Below, in pieces: positions 17,902 to 26,041 of a stretch of 29,051 nt of DNA. A program made the translations under genes and the position numbers. Positions within the stretch are counted from its first letter, which is position 1. Each line of letters starts with the position of its first letter. Source of the stretch: a virus (taxonomy: Duplodnaviria; Heunggongvirae; Uroviricota; Caudoviricetes); IMG/VR virus record IMGVR_UViG_2778261705_000026, one strand, 5' to 3'. Below the pieces are notes generated by a model, which worked only from the letters and a program-made list of their open reading frames with translations, did not search any database and was not told the DNA's origin.

Positions 17902-18756
17902 TCAGCAGTTCGTCATCAGGGCGTCACCGCCACCGCCGGTGGCCTTGCTGCGGCGCTGCTGGGTCAGACTTTCGGTGTGGTCGAGACTGTTTTTCAGGCG
18001 GGTGAATGCCTGGCTGGTTTCATCCGCCCTGTCAGCTACATCCTGCTTAAGTGCGGAAAAGGCGGTTTCCATCTCTGCGAGGCGCTGCTCAGTGGCGCTC
18101 AGTTTTTCCTGCACATGTTCAGCAACAGCGGTCACCGCTTCATGCACGTCATTCAGACGGGCGTCATCGCTGGCCTGTTTGCGGCCAAAAATGGATTTCA
18201 CCTTTTCGGTCAGGGCGGTGAACACGGTTTCAGGCAGGTCTTCAAATTCCAGCTCAACAGGCGTTGCCACTGAAATCAGGTTTTCAGGGCTTAATTTGAA
18301 GCGGTTCAGGGGGTTGTGTTTTGCCGTGCGGCAGAATTCCAGGTATTCCGTGCCGAGGCTTGCCGGGTCATCGGTGACGGCCAGACCCACCAGATAACAT
18401 TTGCCGGTATTGGCAAAGTTCGGCTGAATTTCCATTGAGGTATAGACCTTCTGCGCGGCCTTGTTCATCGCGATAAGGTCATCGGTCGGGGTGATTTTCG
18501 CAAACAGCGCCCATTTGCCTTTCAGCGCCGAATCATCGTCAATCTTTTCGGCCTTCAGTTCGGCCACATCGCCATAACGCTTAAAAATACCGTCAGGCAG
18601 GATGCCGCGCAGATGTTCCAGGTTAATGCGGCAACCATAGACTCGCGGGTCAAAGGTTTCGGCCATTTCCTGAATATCCTGCGCACTGATGACACGCCCG
18701 TCACAGGTGTCACCCTCAACGCCGATACGAAAGAATTTTGAGACTTTTTTTGCCAT
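17902..18756 (-). CDS. O: Capsid scaffolding protein O, 284 aa
   Basis: Begins MAKKVSKFFRIGVEGDTCDGR...; size matches P2 gpO; ATG at 18754-18756; the track start at 18822 is an upstream extension. Confidence 0.9.
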   Translation of the reverse strand: MAKKVSKFFRIGVEGDTCDGRVISAQDIQEMAETFDPRVYGCRINLEHLRGILPDGIFKRYGDVAELKAEKIDDDSALKGKWALFAKITPTDDLIAMNKAAQKVYTSMEIQPNFANTGKCYLVGLAVTDDPASLGTEYLEFCRTAKHNPLNRFKLSPENLISVATPVELEFEDLPETVFTALTEKVKSIFGRKQASDDARLNDVHEAVTAVAEHVQEKLSATEQRLAEMETAFSALKQDVADRADETSQAFTRLKNSLDHTESLTQQRRSKATGGGGDALMTNC

Positions 18757-18929
18757 TGTCAGGAGTCCTGAATAGTGATTAGAGGAGTCACATGTCGGCA
18801 TCAGTTTCCCGACGATGCGCATCCTCCGCCATCAGTCCCGGATGGCTTATCACTGACACAACAGCACCTTAGCGAATCGCGGGGCGCGACTCAGTAGCCT
18901 TGCCGTGTATTCATCACGGCGAGGTATTC
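18757..18929. promoter_or_regulatory. Divergent late promoter region PO / PP
   Basis: Intergenic region between the divergently oriented O and P starts; imperfect dyad TGTCGG...CCGACg at 18793-18813 noted. Confidence 0.4.
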
Positions 18930-20702
18930 ATGACCATCACCACAGACACCACTCTTTTACACGACCCGCGTCGTCAGGCGGCGCTGCTGTACTGGCAGGG
19001 GTTTTCCGTGCCGCAGATTGCCGCCATGTTGCAGATGAAACGCCCGACGGTGCAGAGCTGGAAACAGCGCGACGGCTGGGACAGCGTTGCCCCCATCAGC
19101 CGTGTCGAAATGAGTCTGGAAGCGCGGCTGACCCAGCTCATCATCAAACCGCAGAAAACCGGCGGTGACTTCAAGGAAATTGACCTGCTCGGACGCCAGA
19201 TTGAACGACTGGCACGGGTCAACCGTTACAGTCAGACCGGCAACGAGGCAGACCTTAATCCGAACGTCGCTAACCGCAACAAAGGCGGGCGTCGCAAACC
19301 GAAAAAGAATTTTTTCAGTGACGAGGCCATCGAAAAGCTGGAGCAGATTTTCTTTGAGCAGTCTTTCGAATATCAGTTGCACTGGTATCGCGCCGGGCTT
19401 GAGCACCGCATCCGCGATATCCTGAAATCCCGCCAGATTGGCGCGACGTTTTATTTTTCCCGCGAGGCGCTGCTGCGCGCCCTGAAAACAGGTCATAACC
19501 AGATTTTTCTGTCGGCCAGTAAAACGCAGGCGTATGTGTTCCGTGAATACATCATCGCCTTTGCCCGGCTGGTTGACGTTGACCTGACCGGTGACCCGAT
19601 TGTCCTGGGCAATAACGGCGCAAAACTGATTTTTCTCGGCACCAACTCCAACACCGCGCAGAGCCATAACGGCGACCTGTACGTCGATGAGATTTTCTGG
19701 ATCCCGAATTTTCAGGTACTGCGTAAGGTGGCATCAGGTATGGCCTCACAGAGTCACCTGCGCTCGACCTATTTCTCCACCCCGTCCACGCTGGCGCACG
19801 ACGCCTACCCGTTCTGGTCAGGTGAACTGTTCAACCGGGGACGCGCCAGCGCCGCCGAACGCGTGGAAATCGACGTCAGTCATAACGCCCTTGCCGGTGG
19901 GCTTCTCTGTGCGGACGGCCAGTGGCGGCAGATTGTCACCATTGAGGACGCCCTGAAAGGCGGCTGCACACTGTTCGACATTGAGCAGCTCAAACGCGAA
20001 AACAGCGCCGACGATTTTAAAAACCTGTTCATGTGTGAATTTGTTGACGACAAGGCGTCGGTATTCCCGTTCGAGGAGCTGCAACGCTGCATGGTCGACA
20101 CGCTGGAAGAATGGGAAGACTATGCGCCGTTTGCCGCCAATCCGTTCGGCTCCCGCCCGGTATGGATTGGTTACGACCCGTCACACCGTGGCGACAGCGC
20201 CGGATGCGTGGTGCTGGCACCGCCGGTGGTGGCCGGTGGCAAATTCAGAATACTTGAGCGTCACCAGTGGAAAGGCATGGACTTTGCCACCCAGGCTGAA
20301 TCCATCCGCAAACTCACTGAAAAATACAACGTCGAATACATCGGTATTGATGCCACCGGCCTCGGTGTCGGCGTGTTCCAGCTCGTGCGCTCGTTCTATC
20401 CCGCCGCGCGTGATATCCGCTACACGCCGGAAATGAAAACCGCAATGGTGCTCAAGGCAAAAGACGTCATCCGCCGTGGCTGTCTGGAATATGACGTCAG
20501 CGCCACCGACATCACCAGCTCGTTTATGGCTATCCGCAAGACCATGACCAGCAGCGGACGCAGCGCCACCTATGAGGCCAGCCGCAGCGAGGAAGCCAGC
20601 CACGCCGACCTCGCCTGGGCGACCATGCACGCCCTGTTAAATGAGCCACTCACCGCCGGTATCAGCACCCCGCTGACATCCACCATTCTGGAGTTTTACT
20701 GA
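18930..20702 (+). CDS. P: Terminase ATPase (large) subunit P, 590 aa
   Basis: Begins MTITTDTTLLHDPRRQAALLYWQGFSVPQIAAMLQ...; GAGG ribosome-binding site at 18921-18924; the track start at 18900 is TTG. Confidence 0.92.
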   Translation: MTITTDTTLLHDPRRQAALLYWQGFSVPQIAAMLQMKRPTVQSWKQRDGWDSVAPISRVEMSLEARLTQLIIKPQKTGGDFKEIDLLGRQIERLARVNRYSQTGNEADLNPNVANRNKGGRRKPKKNFFSDEAIEKLEQIFFEQSFEYQLHWYRAGLEHRIRDILKSRQIGATFYFSREALLRALKTGHNQIFLSASKTQAYVFREYIIAFARLVDVDLTGDPIVLGNNGAKLIFLGTNSNTAQSHNGDLYVDEIFWIPNFQVLRKVASGMASQSHLRSTYFSTPSTLAHDAYPFWSGELFNRGRASAAERVEIDVSHNALAGGLLCADGQWRQIVTIEDALKGGCTLFDIEQLKRENSADDFKNLFMCEFVDDKASVFPFEELQRCMVDTLEEWEDYAPFAANPFGSRPVWIGYDPSHRGDSAGCVVLAPPVVAGGKFRILERHQWKGMDFATQAESIRKLTEKYNVEYIGIDATGLGVGVFQLVRSFYPAARDIRYTPEMKTAMVLKAKDVIRRGCLEYDVSATDITSSFMAIRKTMTSSGRSATYEASRSEEASHADLAWATMHALLNEPLTAGISTPLTSTILEFY

Positions 20703-21736
20703 TGAGCAAGAAAAAAGGGAAAACACCGCAACCTGCGGCAAAAAAAATGACCGCCAGCGCCCCGAAAATGGAGGCATTCACCTTTGGTGAGCCAGTGCCG
20801 GTACTCGACCGCCGTGACATTCTGGATTACGTCGAGTGCATCAGTAACGGCAGATGGTATGAGCCACCGGTCAGCTTTACCGGTCTGGCAAAAAGCCTGC
20901 GTGCTGCCGTGCATCACAGCTCGCCGATTTACGTCAAACGTAATATTCTGGCCTCGACATTTATCCCGCATCCGTGGCTTTCCCAGCAGGATTTCAGCCG
21001 CTTTGTGCTGGATTTTCTGGTGTTCGGTAATGCATTTCTGGAAAAGCGTTACAGCACCACCGGTAAGGTCATCAGACTGGAAACCTCACCGGCAAAATAT
21101 ACCCGCCGTGGCGTGGAGGAGGATGTTTACTGGTGGGTGCCGTCCTTCAACGAGCCGACAGCCTTCGCGCCCGGTTCCGTGTTTCACCTGCTGGAGCCGG
21201 ATATTAATCAGGAGCTGTACGGCCTGCCGGAATATCTCAGCGCCCTTAACTCTGCCTGGCTGAATGAGTCGGCCACGCTGTTCCGCCGCAAGTATTACGA
21301 AAACGGCGCACATGCCGGATACATCATGTACGTCACTGATGCCGTGCAGGATCGCAACGATATCGAAATGCTCCGCGAAAACATGGTGAAGTCGAAAGGC
21401 CGCAACAACTTTAAAAATCTGTTTCTCTATGCCCCGCAAGGGAAAGCCGACGGCATTAAAATTATCCCGCTCAGTGAAGTGGCAACGAAGGACGATTTTT
21501 TTAATATCAAAAAAGCCAGCGCCGCAGACCTGCTGGACGCGCACCGCATCCCTTTTCAGTTGATGGGCGGCAAGCCGGAGAACGTCGGGTCGCTGGGTGA
21601 TATTGAGAAAGTGGCAAAGGTCTTTGTCCGCAATGAGCTTATCCCGTTACAGGACAGGATCCGCGAGATAAACGGCTGGCTCGGTCAGGAGGTCATCCGC
21701 TTTAAAAACTACTCACTGGACACCGACAACGGCTGA
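20702..21736 (+). CDS. Q: Portal (capsid) protein Q, 344 aa
   Basis: Size and position match P2 gpQ; ATG overlaps the P stop (TGATG). Confidence 0.92.
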   Translation: MSKKKGKTPQPAAKKMTASAPKMEAFTFGEPVPVLDRRDILDYVECISNGRWYEPPVSFTGLAKSLRAAVHHSSPIYVKRNILASTFIPHPWLSQQDFSRFVLDFLVFGNAFLEKRYSTTGKVIRLETSPAKYTRRGVEEDVYWWVPSFNEPTAFAPGSVFHLLEPDINQELYGLPEYLSALNSAWLNESATLFRRKYYENGAHAGYIMYVTDAVQDRNDIEMLRENMVKSKGRNNFKNLFLYAPQGKADGIKIIPLSEVATKDDFFNIKKASAADLLDAHRIPFQLMGGKPENVGSLGDIEKVAKVFVRNELIPLQDRIREINGWLGQEVIRFKNYSLDTDNG

Positions 21737-21741
21737 ACATC

Positions 21742-21763
21742 GCCGCCTGCGGGCGGCTTTTTT
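21742..21763 (+). terminator. Rho-independent terminator after Q (GCCGCC tgcg GGCGGC followed by TTTTTT)
   Basis: Perfect 6-bp GC stem, 4-nt loop and 6-T run, 6 nt after the Q stop codon. Confidence 0.8.
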
Positions 21764-21905
21764 ACACCCCGTCATCACGCCCTCACACGCTCACCACCGC
21801 ACAAAACACCCCGCAGACACACCAACGCCCCGGCGCACAATCCAAACGCCGTCACGACGCGCTGAGACGCTGAAAAAATAAAATCAGCACCACCGCCAGC
21901 GCGCA

Positions 21906-21924
21906 GTGCTTTCCCCGCCTCGCC
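21906..21924. other. cos: cos site (19-nt cohesive-end sequence; window shows GTGCTTTCCCCGCCTCGCC)
   Basis: Reverse complement equals GGCGAGGCGGGGAAAGCAC, which I recall as the P2 cohesive end; adjacent to Q as in P2. Confidence 0.6.
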
Positions 21925-22052
21925 CGCCCGCTTTATGGGTCGATTTTAATGCAAGTGCACGAACACACCGGAGGCGCACCAGTACTGGCGGTGGTCACGT
22001 AGGTCCACCCCTTAAAAGCCATGCAGAATAATGCAACTATTGCGGGCGTCGG

Positions 22053-22472
22053 CTAATCATCTTCTAAAGGTGGAATTTTGATGCCACTAATTAGCAGGAC
22101 TTTCCGGTATGCCTCAAAAATAATGTTGTGTGTTTTTTTTAAATCATCGAGCATTTTTTGTCGTCCTGTTGGGGTATTTCTGGCGAAATTATGAGCGCGA
22201 AAAAAATCATGTGCCAAGTAGTTTCGAGCTGATAGAGCCAGTTCTACATGTTGTAGAGTTTCATCATCTGCCACCCCTTTTTGACGCAATAAATTGCTTA
22301 GACTACCTAATGTTAACTTATCAAATTTTAAGAATTTTTCTTTTAATGTTGGAATGTCTTCACCTTGCTTCATTTCATGTTCGATAAGGACATTAATCAG
22401 TTCAGCTTCCAACAAGTGTGCAGCTTCTGAGGTGTAACCGAACTTCCAAAAGACTTCATCAAGTGTTGCCAT
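22053..22472 (-). CDS. Hypothetical cargo protein, 139 aa, all-helical, with Rx4HxF motif (candidate HEPN/HepT-like RNase)
   Basis: Visibly AT-rich compared with flanking phage genes; motif ...LALSARNYLAHDFFRAH...; ATG at 22470-22472 (the track start at 22481 is GTG); ends just before the cos flank. Confidence 0.6.
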   Translation of the reverse strand: MATLDEVFWKFGYTSEAAHLLEAELINVLIEHEMKQGEDIPTLKEKFLKFDKLTLGSLSNLLRQKGVADDETLQHVELALSARNYLAHDFFRAHNFARNTPTGRQKMLDDLKKTHNIIFEAYRKVLLISGIKIPPLEDD

Positions 22473-22609
22473 ATGTTCCACTCAAGATAAATGCAGGTTA
22501 TGAAAAAGAAGAATGATGATGGAAATTCCAGATGAAGTCTAACGCCTCGCTCCGCTCGTTGTTCAACCCCGCCAGCCCTGAAAACAAGTTTCACGACTGG
22601 CGGGGTTCT

Positions 22610-22816
22610 CTATCGTCTGCGTGGTGGTGGCGCAACTCTGGACTGACCGATATAGTTAAACCGCCCGTAATTATCCCGGACTATTTCAGCACACCCGACC
22701 AGCTCATCAGGTGTCAGATTTTCGTTGACCATAATCTGCTGTAGACGGTGAACAATGGCCATCAGCTTGATATTTTTAGTTTTATGGTGCGGTATCTCGC
22801 CTGGTATTCTGTGCAT
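22610..22816 (-). CDS. Possible small ORF (68 aa) translationally coupled to the upstream ASCH-like gene
   Basis: ATG 22814-22816 overlaps the upstream TAA (TAATG); followed 3 nt downstream by an 11-bp GC-rich hairpin; no recognisable domain; a plus-strand ORF 22532-22744 overlaps in antisense. Confidence 0.3.
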   Translation of the reverse strand: MHRIPGEIPHHKTKNIKLMAIVHRLQQIMVNENLTPDELVGCAEIVRDNYGRFNYIGQSRVAPPPRRR

Positions 22817-23271
22817 TATCCAAGCCACCCATGTTGCTTTGCACGCTCCACCTGTTCATCTGAATAGTTCCATGCTCCATCCGTGGCAACCATTGCCCCG
22901 CCTGACATCCCCGTATCTGGTTCATACATAACAGCAAGGCCGAGCTGATGCATAATTTCATGATTAATTCTGAATACCAGACCACGTTCACTAAGTTCTT
23001 TCCAGTTCACAATCTTATATGCGCCCGTATTAAGCAGCTCAATACTTAGCAAGACATAATCTTCCAGCCAGTCTGACAGGTCAGTAACATCTGTTATCCG
23101 GGCTTCAACCTTTCGCCCCGTAAACACACCCTGCACCCATTCATGCAAAATCAACGTGTCCCCGCGCTCATAATTACGGTCATTTTTCCTAAACTCTGCG
23201 CGTTTCTTTCCTTCCAGCACAAGGTCGAAATATTTTGCGTGCAGCTTTACCTCGTGAATTTTTGCCATCAT
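22816..23271 (-). CDS. ASCH/DUF3850-like protein with C-terminal HEIMH (HExxH) motif, about 151 aa
   Basis: N-terminus MAKIHEVKLHAKYFDLVLEGKKRAEFRKNDRNYERGDTLILHEW matches the DUF3850/ASCH pattern as I recall it; C-terminal RINHEIMHQLG; ATG overlaps the A stop (ATGA). Confidence 0.6.
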   Translation of the reverse strand: MMAKIHEVKLHAKYFDLVLEGKKRAEFRKNDRNYERGDTLILHEWVQGVFTGRKVEARITDVTDLSDWLEDYVLLSIELLNTGAYKIVNWKELSERGLVFRINHEIMHQLGLAVMYEPDTGMSGGAMVATDGAWNYSDEQVERAKQHGWLG

Positions 23272-25553
23272 GTCCACTCCATTACTGTTGAGAATCCCGG
23301 CCACTCATCAGTGACCGGATACGTGAATTTTTTCCCGTCATAATTTACAGTCGCGCCACGCGCCAGCGCCTCAATCTCCCATCGCTGAGGCCTGATACCG
23401 TTCTGAGCAAGGTCAACGCGGATACGGGTAATTTGCATTCGTTCCGACCGGGTCATTCTGGCCGATGGCGCTATTTCATGCGGTTTTAACGGGCCTCCGG
23501 CTCTTTGCTGACGGTTTGGTGTTCTCAGTCCGTGTTTTAATGCGCCCCTGAGCGCCCTCAAGACCTCCGGCTCATTCCATTCGATAACACCGTCATCAAC
23601 CAGATTAAGCACTGCTGCGGCGTGCTCAGAAGGTGTGGGAGCCGGTAACGAAGTATCACTACCGGTGAGCTTTCCACAGTTATTGACAGGACTCCGAGGC
23701 GCGGCGATGCCGCTTTTTAAAGTCAAAGGCTCCACGACCGGAACTTTCGGCACAATGCGCCAGTCCGTCGTTCTGGTGATATGAATATGACGCGCGCCGA
23801 GATGCGGCGCGTAAATGCCGACCACTCTCTCGACTTCTTCCTCGTACTCGTTAACTTCATCCGACGGGCTACGGGCGACTCTGACAGTCTGGCAATCGCG
23901 CGGAACATTTGCCCCACCCTGCGCACTGATATACAACGCAAAATCGCCACTGTCTGCGGCAGCGCGTGCAGCCTCGACGCGTTCGTCAAACTCATCAGCA
24001 ATGCTGACGCCGCGAGGCAATTTGCGTAGTTCACGGTAAGCCCCCATTGTCGGCAGACCAACCGTTTTAAATTGCGGGATGCGCCACGTTGACGCCCATG
24101 CAGTAACAGCCGCGGCAGTATCTTTCAGAGGTCTGCCGGTATCGTTATCGAGCTGACCATCCAGTGCATAGCCGTCGATGTTTTTTGAGATGTATTTCGC
24201 GATATACCCCGCAGCACCGCCCCGATTAAGGTGTTTTGCCTGAAAACGGTTTCGCGCGGCTCCTCTTTCGTCGCCATCCTCTTTGAGCGCATAGCGACGC
24301 ATGATTTCGATAATCTGGTTACGCTGGCGTGGATTACAAAAAAGCATCATATGCCAGTGCGGCGTTCCGTCGTGGTGTGGCTCGACGACTCGCAAACCGT
24401 AGACCTGTAAATCATTATCCTTGAATGCCGTGCGCATCAGGCTCCAGATACGGCAGAGATAACGCTGCGCATCCTTTGGATTAAATGCCTCATCATTCCA
24501 GCCGTGATTAAGCTGGACGGTTTTACTTTCGCCTTTTCCGACCTGACGTGTCGGGTGATACTTTGACGGCGCGGTCAGCGTGATAAACATCCCCACATCA
24601 CCCTCTGCGGCGGCGTAACGCTCAATACCGGCAATGGTGTTCATCAGCTCCATCCGGCGAATTTCAGGATTAGAAATACTGCCCATCACCTTACTGATAA
24701 GGTCGATGCGCTCGCCGGTTTCCCTGTTTTCAAGGTCACACGATTTAAGAAATTCCAGATTTGCCTGGCGGCGCGCACGCACATCACGAATGGCGTGTTT
24801 ACTGGCATAAGGAGAACGGTCTTTATTGACCTCCCCGACAGCTATCAGTAACGCTTCATGCCAGCGCATACGCTGGCCTTTAAGCTGATGAGTCCACCAC
24901 TCATCGTTAAACAGACGGGCAATGGCAGAATATGCCTGCCTCGTGGTCATCTGTCCTTTACGGTATTTTTTCCAGTAAAGCGGGGAAATATTGAAAGCAC
25001 GTGCAGCGCCAGCAACATGACCATACAGATGCGCCTGCGCCTCATCCGTAAACAGCGATTCTTTTTCGCCATGCGCATCCACCCAAGCATCGCAGAGTTC
25101 CTCATACATCATGAAAAGCTGCGATGAGATACGGGCGGCAAACTTTTTCAGATCCTTGTCATTCATCCCCGGCAGACGCGCATAGTGGTCACGCTCAGCC
25201 AGAAACAGCATCGACGCTTCGGTGTTCATTTCATGGCGCTGATTCACACGCTCAATGCGCGGCCATAAACGACGCTGAAAAGTGGATGTGAGGAAATAAA
25301 ACCCGTGCACCGGGCTTTTATTGCGCCGGATGTAGTCATAGCGTGAAGTAAACAGCGAGCGCAAAAAGTAAGGCAGGCGGTTAATCGTGGATAAAACACC
25401 TTGCACCTGACGCATCTCGTCACGTGTAAGGGGTCTTTCGCGCCCGACAGCCTCGCGTGGCGCGTTCCATGCATAAGCACCGGCAAACGTCTTACCGGTG
25501 CCTGCGGAAAATGCTGACGGAGGGACAAAACGCCCGGAGGCTTTAACGGCCAT
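23268..25553 (-). CDS. A: Replication initiation endonuclease A (rolling-circle initiator), 761 aa
   Basis: Begins MAVKASGRFVPPSAFSAGTGKTFAGAYAWNAPREAVGRERPLTRDEMRQVQ as P2 gpA; ATG 25551-25553; the track start at 25595 is an upstream extension. Confidence 0.92.
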   Translation of the reverse strand: MAVKASGRFVPPSAFSAGTGKTFAGAYAWNAPREAVGRERPLTRDEMRQVQGVLSTINRLPYFLRSLFTSRYDYIRRNKSPVHGFYFLTSTFQRRLWPRIERVNQRHEMNTEASMLFLAERDHYARLPGMNDKDLKKFAARISSQLFMMYEELCDAWVDAHGEKESLFTDEAQAHLYGHVAGAARAFNISPLYWKKYRKGQMTTRQAYSAIARLFNDEWWTHQLKGQRMRWHEALLIAVGEVNKDRSPYASKHAIRDVRARRQANLEFLKSCDLENRETGERIDLISKVMGSISNPEIRRMELMNTIAGIERYAAAEGDVGMFITLTAPSKYHPTRQVGKGESKTVQLNHGWNDEAFNPKDAQRYLCRIWSLMRTAFKDNDLQVYGLRVVEPHHDGTPHWHMMLFCNPRQRNQIIEIMRRYALKEDGDERGAARNRFQAKHLNRGGAAGYIAKYISKNIDGYALDGQLDNDTGRPLKDTAAAVTAWASTWRIPQFKTVGLPTMGAYRELRKLPRGVSIADEFDERVEAARAAADSGDFALYISAQGGANVPRDCQTVRVARSPSDEVNEYEEEVERVVGIYAPHLGARHIHITRTTDWRIVPKVPVVEPLTLKSGIAAPRSPVNNCGKLTGSDTSLPAPTPSEHAAAVLNLVDDGVIEWNEPEVLRALRGALKHGLRTPNRQQRAGGPLKPHEIAPSARMTRSERMQITRIRVDLAQNGIRPQRWEIEALARGATVNYDGKKFTYPVTDEWPGFSTVMEWT

Positions 25554-25818
25554 ATGAGCCAAAAGCCTCTGAACAACGCTTGCTGAGTTGCTCAACCTGC
25601 GCGTTTAAATCAGCAAAAGACTTTGCGCTTCCGGTCAGAATATCGTGATGCATCAGGCCGGAAACGAGCTGGCTTAATTTCGGATAATAACCAACCACCG
25701 CCAGCCATTCCTGACCGGCGTTTTTACCGCTTTCCGCTCTCTTTTTCTCGTGGAGAATAAACTGAAAGCTGTCACTGGTAACGACATAACGTTCGCCAAT
25801 TTCAATACGAATACTCAT
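25543..25818 (-). CDS. Small early-operon protein (P2 orf83 position), 91 aa
   Basis: ATG start; position immediately upstream of A in the early operon. Confidence 0.65.
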   Translation of the reverse strand: MSIRIEIGERYVVTSDSFQFILHEKKRAESGKNAGQEWLAVVGYYPKLSQLVSGLMHHDILTGSAKSFADLNAQVEQLSKRCSEAFGSYGR

Positions 25819-26039
25819 GCCGTTCTCCGGTAATGTTTGTTTTTTGCTTCAAAGACTGACTGGCAGGAAACACAACGCGTGGCTGACGGGTAAGCCGCAC
25901 GACGGGCTGCAGGTATTGGCGCGTCACACTCTTCGCAAACCAGCGCAGAAGCACCGCAATGTTTTACCCTTGCCGCGTTAATCTGGCGCTCCAGTAATTC
26001 AGCCTGTTGTTCCTGAATAAAATCTACGTTGTCCGGCAT
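25815..26039 (-). CDS. TraR/DksA-type C4 zinc-finger protein, 74 aa (P2 orf82 position)
   Basis: C-x2-C ... C-x2-C (CEECDAPIPAARRAAYPSATRCVSC) as in TraR-family phage proteins. Confidence 0.7.
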   Translation of the reverse strand: MPDNVDFIQEQQAELLERQINAARVKHCGASALVCEECDAPIPAARRAAYPSATRCVSCQSVFEAKNKHYRRTA

Positions 26040-26041
26040 TA

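Noticed and set aside
18957-19667. 236-aa minus-strand ORF
   Set aside because: Antisense within terminase gene P; no independent support.
21977-21986. 10-bp perfect palindrome CCAGTACTGG between cos and the cargo ORF
   Set aside because: A short palindrome of this size is expected by chance; no flanking structure or repeat copies seen.
22541-22580. tRNA T-loop-like motif (GTTCAACCCC) suggesting a tRNA fragment or secondary attachment site
   Set aside because: No acceptor-stem, D-arm or anticodon-arm complementarity could be built around it; better explained as part of the 11-bp hairpin.
22532-22744. 70-aa plus-strand ORF (Trp-rich, WWW) in the cargo island
   Set aside because: Overlaps the 68-aa minus-strand ORF in antisense and runs through the hairpin; cannot decide from sequence which, if either, is real, so it is not called as a feature.
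22816-23010. Calling the HEIMH segment of the ASCH-like protein a definite zinc metalloprotease
   Set aside because: HExxH occurs by chance in many proteins and no third metal ligand or Met-turn could be assigned by eye; kept only as a hypothesis in the findings.
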